NCBI GenBank assembly: GCA_965112155.1
Contig: OZ218103.1
Source: Podarcis liolepis
Taxonomy: Eukaryota
DNA length: 64,000 nucleotides
Reading direction: 5' to 3' (one strand)
The notes under the pieces were generated by a model that saw nothing but the letters and a program-made list of their open reading frames with translations, did not search any database and was not told where the DNA came from. The position numbers and the translations under genes are program-made. Below, in pieces: positions 1 through 59,340 of this stretch; the first letter of the stretch is position 1; the number at the start of each line of letters is the position of its first letter.

Positions 1-50007
<50,007 letters not shown>

Positions 50008-50434
50008 TGTTGGTTGGCTCCTTTCACCTGGGGCACGCTGCACAGGCCCAGCTGGGGCGAAGAGAGCACCGCAAGTGGCAGAAGCACACATGGGGGACCG
50101 TAGTGGGTGATGTGAGGCTACAGCTGGCTGGGTAAGAGCTTCGTTAGGACATTTTGATGAGATGAACAGAATCAAGGAGGGGGACCGCTCTGGAGACCAG
50201 AGCACAGCCTTAAGGGGGGGGCGATAAGCACCTTCCCTAAAAAACTGCAGGATGAGGCATATATGGACGGATGTGCCACCTTCCCTTGGGCACTTTGGCG
50301 CCAGGGCTCACAGGCAAGTGGAGCTGCTGACGTGGCCTGGTGCTTTTAAGAGTGACTCACTGGATGGGTTTTAGCGAGAGGGAACTGCACAATGATGGGA
50401 ATTTTTATATATATATGAAGTGAATGTACAGTAA

Positions 50435-50469
50435 ATTAAATAAAATGGATCATTAATTATAACAATAAA
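50435..50469 (+). terminator. Candidate SZT2 polyadenylation signals
   Basis: ATTAAA/AATAAA at 50435-50444 and AATAAA at 50464-50469, followed by T-rich sequence. Confidence 0.6.
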
Positions 50470-51111
50470 AATCTTTTGTCATAGCTTTTCCCCGACAAGC
50501 TGCTGAGTTTATCCCTGGCACGAAGCGAAGTAGGTTCCCACCAGCCTGCCAGAATGGCGTGTCTGCCAGGATGCACTGCAGGGACCAGTGCCAGGGTCTT
50601 TACTCCAGGCTTGCATGATGGTGCCAGTTTCTTTTCTAAGGAAGTTGGTTCTGGCTCAGATTGAATTGTGCCACTCGTGTCTCCCTCTGGTTATACGCTG
50701 CAGTGTAAGATCTGGAATGCAAGTAATTTAAGCAGCAGCATGCAGATAGAACCTAGAGGCTAAGATGCCCCTTTAAATCTAGGAAATCTCATCCGGGGCC
50801 ACTAAGTGGTACTAAAGAGCTAGATCTGAAGAGGCAGGGACTTCCCTTCCTTTGCACCACACTAGTCCCCATTCTTGCGAAAGGCATGCCAGCATCATTG
50901 CTTAGTGTGATTCCAGGAAGGTGAACTTTCCTTTTTAGTGGGTCAACCCTTATAACTGCAATGAGTAATAAAAAAAAGGATATATTTCTTACTGGAAAGA
51001 CCGGGCAGGAATGTACGGTAATCTGTTCAGGAACACAAAGTGACACAAGAGTGAAGCCTTTAGCCATTCCAGGACTTGAGTTGGAGCAAGGCCCTAGGAA
51101 TGCTATTTTGT

Positions 51112-51117
51112 TTTATT
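51112..51117 (-). terminator. Candidate HYI polyadenylation signal
   Basis: AATAAA on the minus strand about 126 nt after the stop. Confidence 0.55.
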
Positions 51118-51242
51118 AGGAGGCAAAATGCATCCAGAAGAGAGACAAACAAAAGAACATTGCCTTTCCAAGTTGGCATGTAGGATTGCACTCCACCTCT
51201 GATGCTCTTTAGTCCAGTTTTTCAGCTGCTGAACTTAACCCC

Positions 51243-51316
51243 TCAGCTTCCACTATCCAGTACACCATGACTCTTCCAGTATGAGTGCAGCCAGCCCAGC
51301 CCCTTCAATGTGCCTT
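51243..51316 (-). CDS. HYI: HYI exon 8
   Basis: [23 protein letters not shown], stop TGA. Confidence 0.88.
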
Positions 51317-54300
51317 CTGTAAGGGAAGCCAAAAGCATCAGCAACAGCAATTTTGCACTTCTTCAGCACCACCACCCTGCCCAGTTTTGGTAGTTGTGAA
51401 GCAGAGAAACAGTGGGTTATATCAGCAGCCTAAAAATTTCCCAGCTACAATGCTTCATTTCACACAGCAAAATCTCCCCCCATTCCCTTGGGATAATTTA
51501 AGCAGACTTGCCTTTGGGCTTGTACTCGCATCCTACGAAGCCACTGTAACTCATTGACTCCAGCAGCTGGAAGAGGTAAGGGAAGTTTAATTCGCCAGGG
51601 CTGTCGGGCTCATGCCGTCCTGGTACCTGGGCAAGCTGAACGTGTCCTGCAGAGAAAGAAGGTAACCATCAGGGACAAATGAAGGACTAGGCATAGGGGT
51701 CTGACTGGAACTATTTTGACACTACAGCAGTATCTGTCCCTTTGCTTAGGAACAACCCCTGCAAGGGATTCCAGTTTTGAAGCCATACTAGGGAACCACT
51801 GCACCTTTCCTGTCTTACCAATAATTGGGAAATACTTTTCCAAGTTCTGAGTCAGGTTACCATCCATGATCTGGCAGTGGAAAATGTCCTGTGGAGTAAA
51901 CATAAAAAGGCTCAGTCTAGCTGCCTTCCAGAGGCTGGACTAGGCCTCCCATCAGGCCCAGCCAAAATGGCCAATGGGGGGGGGGGAATTTGGAGGGCAG
52001 TAGGTTGGGGATGCCTGCTGTTCAGCCTCTCTCATCCCTCTGGTGGGCTCTTGTTGCACCAACCAGTGTAATAAGATCTCTAAGCCCAACACCCACTTCT
52101 ATGGCTGAATCCAGGTTTTCCTCAGTGACACTCACCAGCTGCAGCTTCAGGCTGGGGCTTCCCACCTTCTTCAAAATGGCAGCAGCTGAATAAAAATGGA
52201 GATGCACAATGTCACAACTGATTCTGGGGATGGGGGGGGGAGCAATTTGCTCCATTTCCTGTCATCGTGCAGTCCCAAAGCCCATTATCCAGCAACTTCT
52301 AGAACATGAGTGGGGAACCTGTGGCCCTTCAGATGTTGCTGTATTCAATCTCCTATTGGCCCCAGTCAGTGTGGCCAGCGGTGAGGGATGAAGAGTTGTA
52401 GTTCAGCAACATCTAGGGGGGTCACAGGTTTCCCACCCTTGCTTTAGAATTGTGTATCCAAAACTTGGGGCTCTTGCTGCTTTTGAACTGCAGTTCCCAT
52501 CGTCCCTGACCTGCTAGCTGTGGATGATGGGAGTTGTAGTCCTAAAACAGCTGGAGACCCAAGTTTGGGAAACACCGCTTTAGAAGGACAATTCCCTATC
52601 TGTGGAGAAGGGAGGAGTCTTAGGCCATGGCCTACCTTGCTCTGGAGTAGTCAAGAAGTAACGGGGATCAGTAATCCGGCTATTAATAGGCTCCAATAAT
52701 CCAGTGATCTTTTCCTGCAATACCAGAGCAAGGAAATGGAAGAATAGCCACTCAGTGCCTTAGGCTAGCAAGCGAAGGAAAATTGCTGCTGGGCAGCTCA
52801 CCTCTTTTATATTATTTCTTGTCACTGGCCAGTTTCCTAACCACTGCCACCAGTGCCCAACCACTCCTGTGTGCCCTCCTGCCAGGCCTGACTAATAACT
52901 GGGGTGGAGCTTCTTTAAGCAGGTCTTGCTAACACTTTGCCTCTTGGGTTCTCTGGAGCATTTGTCTCACCCCCAAATGGAATCACTGTTGAATAGGCAC
53001 CTCACCCTTCTGATGAAGCAGTGCAGCTTGCTGCTTAACAGGCATCTACCCAGCCCCTACCTGAGCCAGGATGTCAGCAGCATATCTGAGGTTCTCAATG
53101 AAGGTGGCTTCCATCTCTGCTGACACTTCCTCCCTCTTAGCACCCAAAGGAATTCGCCCGGCCGTAATGTGGATCCTGTAAGCAAAAGGCTGGATCAGGA
53201 TGGAAGAGGGACAGAAGCAGTGGTGCTGACGGCTTTCTGCCCTCAAGGCATCCACGATGCTGATATGATGCTACTGAAGTGAAAGCTGTCTCATGCCCGC
53301 TTTAATTTCCCCCTGAGGAGATGCACTGACCCACGAAGCCACCTCCAGCACTCAGCAATCAACACACATCGCTACACCAGGGTTTCAGCTGGGATAAGCT
53401 AACACCTGCGACATGTAATAGGAATGACAAGAACGTCTGTATCAAAATCATACAAACTATACTCTCTTATTTACCATGAGCGGTATAGATTATGAGCTCA
53501 CAAACAGCACCCACAGGCCAGATATGCAAAATCACTATAGGCAGACTGACAGAACCTTAGTAGTACTTGATCACCATGCTGGACACACACACAATCAGTT
53601 GGGTAGGAATGATGATGTGCTTTCACCATTTCCATGCATGTGTTGCTTGAGGATGAATGGGATTTCTAACTAATTGGTGGTATCTAAAATAGTTAGTAGT
53701 CATGTGTAGTCAGCGGCTTAGTCATGCTGGCCACATGACCTGGAAGCTTGGTCAATAAAGCAAGATGAGCGCCGCAACCCCAGAGTCGGCCACGACTGGA
53801 CCTAATGGTCAGGAGTCCCTTTACCTTTACGTACTAGAAGGGTTTGGATTTGATATCCCGCTTTATCACTACCCGAAGGAGTCTCAAAGCGGCTAACATT
53901 CTCCTTTCCCTTCCTCCCCCACAACAAACACTCTGTGAGGTGAGTGGGGCTGAGAGACTTCAAAGAAGTGTGACTGGCCCAAGGTCACCCAGCAGCTGCA
54001 TGTGGAGGAGCGGAGACGCGAACCCGGTTCCCCAGATTACGAGACTACCGCTCTTAACCACTACACCACACTGGCTCTACTAAAATCATACTTGGAGTGA
54101 TCCCATTAAAATAATTGAACTTGCATTAGTTATGGCTAATTTATGTCTGCTTGGTTTCAGTGTGTCTGTTTTACAGTTTAGCAAAATACCACACAGTGTT
54201 GCCGAGTATGATTGCAAAAAACAGACTGGTGTTAATTTTCCAAGTTAAAAGGGCATGGTCTTACACAAAAATAGCCAGCTGCACCACTTTGTTCTGCTTT

Positions 54301-56176
54301 CTTTGTGTAACGCAAAGCGCCATGCAAAATTGGTATTGCCGGTGAGCTTTTGGAAATGTCCTAACATCTGTCACTCATTACTAGCCTGTGTCTTACTGCC
54401 TATGTTTTCTCTCCCTCTGCACTCAGAGGTGAGGTGTCTCATTCTGTTGGACAGCAGAGACTGCAAGCAACACTTCCATGCTCTGTAATGCCCCTAAATG
54501 GGGCTGACTGGGTTGGTTCATCCCTTTGATGCGGTTACTCATTTGAATCTCTGTTGACTACATTGCTACACATCCCATCCAGAAGTTCATGCCCACTTGA
54601 GATGAACATGGGGAATTATATTGCTAATGCTAAGCTAGACAGACCAGTAGCCTGTCTACACCAGCCTTCCCCAACCTTGGGTTTCCAGAAGTCATTAAAC
54701 TACAACTCCCGTTGTCCTTGACCACTGGCCATTGCTGGCTAGGAATGATAGGAGTTGTAGTACAACAAGTTCTAGGGACCCAAGGCTGAGAAAGGCTGAT
54801 CTACAGTGATTTGCAGTGGCTCTCCAGGGTTTCAGGCGGGTGTCTCTCAACACTACCTGTAGATGCCCGGGATGGAACATTAGACCTTCTGCATGCAAAG
54901 CACAGAATTGTAGTGTTGGAAGAGACCCTGAGGATCATCTAGTCCAACCCCTTGCAATGCAAGAATATGCATTTGCTCTTATCACTGAGCTATGGCTCCT
55001 CCCCCAATGGGTTTGCCTTGAGAGTGATAGACTGGCTGCGTCATGTCTAAAGATGCCACTGTGTTCAGAAAATAAAAGCCTTTAAAATGGAAAAGGTGTT
55101 CTTATCTTGATCTCCACTGTTATCACCAACAACACTTGATCTCTCTCCTCCCTTGCATCCCCTTATTCCACCTTGCTGCTAACTGTGTGCCTTTTGCTGT
55201 TCTTTAGGTTTTGTTCCTCCTCCCTATCTTTGGAGTCAAATTTCCACTTTCTGTCCATCACACCACCCTGCTTCAATCCTCCTTAAAACCAGCCCCTCCC
55301 TTGAAATAATACATGACTGTGCAAAAATTATCTTCCTATAAGACTCTCTTCCCTTTTGCTCATATTTGGCCTTTAATTGCCCTTCTCCTTTTTAAAATAT
55401 TTATGTACTACAAGACTGTCCTAATAAAGGCTGCATGCTGCATATTTTAATGCAGGAAGACACTACCCTGAGCAAGGGAAGATTTGCAGCAGCAGCAGGG
55501 GCAGTAGCTATGGTAAATCAGATGTATTTTTGTGGAACAATCCTGCATTAACTCGTGCCTCTTACAAGATTTATGGTTTCCTTGCATAAGGCAAGAAAAA
55601 GACTATGGAACTATGGACACGGAGCTATGGAAAGGGGCTAGATCCTGTGCCTGCTTCCTTAGCACATTTCCCACCTTTAGCAAAGAAGACCCCAGAGTGG
55701 AGTGGGGGCAGGGGGAAGATGAGGAAAGATGCTTCATTTCAGTAAAGGATAGCAATTGATTCTTTCTAGCATAGCTAGCAGGTATGCTGACAAATAAGTA
55801 AAAAAACAGGCAAACACATAACTTGCCCTTTGCTTTCTTTCCGGGTTTGAGGGCCTGCTTTTGCATGGGTCTGTGATGAAAAAGGCACTTAAATTATACC
55901 ACTTCAAAGTGCAATAGTGAGGAGACGTATAACTCAATTACAACAACCACTACAGCAATTCTGATCATTCCTGTATTATGGCACAAGGATGGCACTGGTG
56001 TTCAATATACATATATCTTAACTACTTAAAATACTACCTTGGACATTTCAGGACCTTGCAGTACTTCACAGCCAAAGCCAGGGCCTCCCGGAATTCATGC
56101 TGGCGGCCAGGCACTGCCCCTAAGCCCCTGTCATCGTCTTGGTTTCCTGGGGAAAGAACAGTAAAATTTACCCAGT

Positions 56177-56232
<56 letters not shown>

Positions 56233-58976
56233 GTTTTCGTAGATTTTCACGGGTACAGGAATGCAGGTTTTGGTGTCCTCGGGTGTCTTCCCGTGTAAAA
56301 GTTGGGGTGTCTAGGCGACGTTTCGACGAGGTCTCACTCGTCATCTTCAGGCTGGTGCTTTCGGCTTCTTGTTACTGGAACAGAGCGGGATCTCAGTGTT
56401 TGAGTTCCTATAAATACTGTAGAGGGGTGTGGTGTATTGCCTCAAAAGTTCTGGGCAGAGGGGAAGTTCCCAGGCTAGTGTTCTTTTCTTCTTTTGTTCC
56501 TTAATTACTTGAGGGATATCTTGAGTGATTACTTGAGTGATATTCTGAGTACCACTTAGGTGGGTCATTGGGTGTGGATTAGTTGCTAAAGCCTTCGTGT
56601 CTTGACCTCTTGAATTTGTGAAGAGTTTTTCTGGGAAGATGGCTGTACTGCACTTAGTTGTGCTTTGGCTTGGCTTCGTGTATAGGGGCGAGCTGTGGTT
56701 TTGTGCCCTACAAGGGCACTACAGATAAAATTAGCACAGATAAAAATCAAGGGCACTACAGATAAAATTAGCAAAATCCTCCATAAACACAATATCAAAA
56801 CAGCCTTTTGCACCAACCAAAAAATAGCCAATATCCTCAGAAACCCCAAAGATAAAATCCAGTTGGAAAACCAAGGGGTCTATGAAATACCCTGCAAAGT
56901 CTGCCCAGCCACGTACATTGGACAAACAAACAGACGAATAAATGCACGTATCGCAGAACACAAGAATGCCGTCAAAAAAGAAGAAAAATCTTCCTCTCTT
57001 TTCCAACACATGAAAGAAACAGGACACGAAATTAATTTTGCAGATTCCAAATTGCTCTTTAACATGGAACATCACCACAAGAGAATAATCATGGAAGCCA
57101 TCGAGATAGAGAAACACCCTCACAACATGAACAAGCGTGACGACACGTCCCGCCTGCCAGACATCTGGAAATTAGCCCTCCCCACAAAAACCGACACCAG
57201 ATCCAGAGGCACACAGAACGCCACCACCAATCAACCACACCAGACCCAAACCCAGACCCTCTCCACAGATAAATTACAGACACCATCCAGTAACCAAACC
57301 ATAGTGGCACCTCCGGATGCTGCACCCCCCTGCAATCCCTACACAGATCTGGCTGGCACAGGGCACAAAACCACAGCTCGCCCCTATACACGAAGCCAAG
57401 CCAAAGCACAACTAAGTGCAGTACAGCCATCTTCCCAGAAAAACTCTTCACAAATTCAAGAGGTCAAGACACGAAGGCTTTAGCAACTAATCCACACCCA
57501 ATGACCCACCTAAGTGGTACTCAGAATATCACTCAAGTAATCACTCAAGATATCCCTCAAGTAATTAAGGAACAAAAGAAGAAAAGAACACTAGCCTGGG
57601 AACTTCCCCTCTGCCCAGAACTTTTGAGGCAATACACCACACCCCTCTACAGTATTTATAGGAACTCAAACACTGAGATCCCGCTCTGTTCCAGTAACAA
57701 GAAGCCGAAAGCACCAGCCTGAAGATGACGAGTGAGACCTCGTCGAAACGTCGCCTAGACACCCCAACTTTTACACGGGAAGACACCCGAGGACACCAAA
57801 ACCTGCATATATATATATATATATATATATATGTACCTTGGGTTACATACGCTTCAGGTTACAGACTCCGCTAACCCAGAAATAGTACCTCGGGTTAAGA
57901 ACTTTGCTTCAGGATGAGAACAGAAATCGTGCAGCGGCAGCGCAGCAGCAGCAGGCGGCCCCATTAGCTAAAGTGGTGCTTCAGGTTAAGAACAGTTTCT
58001 GGTTAAGAACAGACCTCCAGAACGAATTAAGTTCTTAACCCGAGGTACCACTGTATACACACACACACACACACACCAGTTGCAGGGGACAATAGTAGGA
58101 AATAGATGTCTACCATAAATGATACCTGCTGTCCTATATGTCAACTAAGTGCTCCTATGTTTGGGGTCAGGAAGAGGTGAGAGGTACAGAACAAACAGCT
58201 TTATTTGCTTGGTCTTTGGCAAGCAGAAGGGCAGTCTATAACCTCTACTAGGAATATCTTCGATTGAAACAACCACTGTTTTGAGTGTAAGGGAAAAGGT
58301 CATTCTAGGAGGCAGCAGGGCTTGGGGGGCAAGAAAATGGACCCATATCTTCTCTCCAAACCTGTGAAAGAGACATCCAGTGTACAGTGAAGTGAGAAGG
58401 AGGTGTTGGTCACTATCTTGGGTGCCAAGGTTGATACAGAGAAAGAGGAAAAGAGGTGATGCACTTTGCACCTGCAGGAACCGGTAGCAAGTTTCAACTG
58501 GTAACAGGTGAGATCTACAACTTTGTGTTTTTTTTAAAAAAGGTAAAAGCTGTACAGCAGCAGGCAGAAAAGAGATTTAGTGTTTCCAGAAAGCCGCAGA
58601 GACTATTAAGCTCTACCTGCTGACTTCTGCCTGCTTGCCTTTTCACCCTTTCCGTGAAAAGCCGACCCCGTTGTAGTAGTGCCTATGGAGGTCATGGGAG
58701 AAGGCTGGGTCCGGGTGGGGAGACCGTATTATGTCTGCGAGGGAAGGGCTCTAGCCACGGGCAACTCGGTCGGGTACCTGGCGGGGCGTTGAGCAGGACC
58801 AGCTCCAGCCTGGCCTTGTCTGCCGCCTCCCGCAGCTCCTCGGCGCTGCAAGCGTAAGGGGCGCCCAACTCCGCCGCTCGGAAGCCGGCCTGCGCAGCCG
58901 CCTCTATGCGCTGCGGCAGCGTCGGCTTCTCCTGGAAGAGCCACGCCAGGTTGGCAGCGAAGCGCAGCGGAGCCAT
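51243..58976 (-). CDS. HYI: HYI, putative hydroxypyruvate isomerase; complete 8-exon CDS, 831 nt, 276 aa
   Basis: [58 protein letters not shown]; Kozak context gccATGg; phases consistent. Confidence 0.96.
51512..51646 (-). CDS. HYI: HYI exon 7 (GC donor)
   Basis: [37 protein letters not shown]|gcaagt. Confidence 0.92.
51819..51888 (-). CDS. HYI: HYI exon 6
   Basis: [23 protein letters not shown]|gtaaga. Confidence 0.94.
52136..52185 (-). CDS. HYI: HYI exon 5
   Basis: [16 protein letters not shown]|gtgagt. Confidence 0.93.
52305..52578. mobile_element. Two adjacent short palindromic hAT-like MITEs (actacaactccc..gggagttgtagt family)
   Basis: Same family seen at about 1060-1165, 20190-20285, 24830-24940, 27070-27200, 54662-54800 and 61100-61180. 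Confidence 0.6.
52636..52714 (-). CDS. HYI: HYI exon 4
   Basis: [26 protein letters not shown]|gtaggc. Confidence 0.94.
53061..53175 (-). CDS. HYI: HYI exon 3
   Basis: [28 protein letters not shown]|gtaggg. Confidence 0.94.
53712..53830 (+). mobile_element. Sauria SINE 3' fragment
   Basis: gctggccacatgacc..ccctttaccttta. Confidence 0.8.
53838..54076 (-). mobile_element. tRNA-derived CORE-type SINE (Squam3-like)
   Basis: Minus strand gccagtgtggtgtagtggttaagagc (A box), gggttcg (B box), gtgaccttgggccagtcac CORE-like segment. Confidence 0.75.
54800..55000 (-). mobile_element. Squam2-like SINE interrupted by a CR1-type 3' end (about 54903-54965)
   Basis: Same SINE body as the 27540 copy, split by gttggaagagaccctgaggatcatctagtccaacccc. 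Confidence 0.6.
56038..56146 (-). CDS. HYI: HYI exon 2
   Basis: [30 protein letters not shown]|gtagta. Confidence 0.92.
56175..56232. repeat. (TG)n(TA)n microsatellite at the left PLE flank
   Basis: Seen directly; (TA)n at 57808-57832 and (CA)n at 58057-58076 on the other side. Confidence 0.95.
56311..56355 (-). ncRNA. Minimal type I hammerhead ribozyme motif (left arm, HYI pre-mRNA sense)
   Basis: Exact reverse-complement copy of the right-arm motif. Confidence 0.72.
57714..57758 (+). ncRNA. Minimal type I hammerhead ribozyme motif (PLE pLTR, right arm)
   Basis: CUGAAGA (57719-57725), U, helix II GACGAG/CUCGUC, GAAA, palindromic ACGU, predicted GUC cleavage after 57752. Confidence 0.72.
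57833..58053. mobile_element. Tigger-like MITE (same family as the 13827 copy, opposite orientation; left TIR clipped)
   Basis: GTACCTTGGGTTAC...AACCCGAGGTACCACTG-TA. Confidence 0.85.
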
Positions 58977-59340
58977 GGCGGACAGCGCAGCGCCTGTGAC
59001 ACCCAGCAAAGGCCGCGAGAGGAGGGGCGGAGGCGGCGCCCACGCCCCCGGCCGGCAGGGGAGGTGTCCGGGCAACAAGCCCTTGGCGCCCGCTGCGCGC
59101 TGCTGCTCCGCCTCCGAGGAAAGAGGCGCCGCAGCAGGAGGAGAGCTGGAGCGCGGACGCTCGCGCCGCGTGTGAAACAGGCGCAGGGGCCTGCGGGTCG
59201 CAGACTTGCCGCGAGGGGGCGTTCGCGGGCTCTGCGCCGGCTCTCTTGCCCCTCCACCCACCCCGTGTGCATTCTGGTGTGTCCGGAGAACACGTGTCGC
59301 ATCGCTCGGCTTCTCTCGACCAGACCGGGGACGGGACACA
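58650..59340. promoter_or_regulatory. CpG island / HYI promoter and first exon
   Basis: Sharp rise in GC and CpG density against a CpG-depleted background, spanning the HYI start codon. Confidence 0.85.
58778..58976 (-). CDS. HYI: HYI exon 1
   Basis: [22 protein letters not shown]|gtaccc. Confidence 0.93.

Larger units (their letters stand above)
56233..57808 (+). mobile_element. Penelope-like retroelement, 5'-truncated, with inverted pseudo-LTR
   Basis: Open frame with GIY-YIG endonuclease motifs [26 protein letters not shown]; inverted repeat 56261-56709 / 57360-57808; flanked by (TA)n. Confidence 0.93.

Noticed and set aside
56695-57483. Expressed stand-alone GIY-YIG nuclease gene
   Set aside because: The RT is missing, the track start is a GTG in the inverted arm, and the first in-frame ATG lies after the GIY-YIG motifs.
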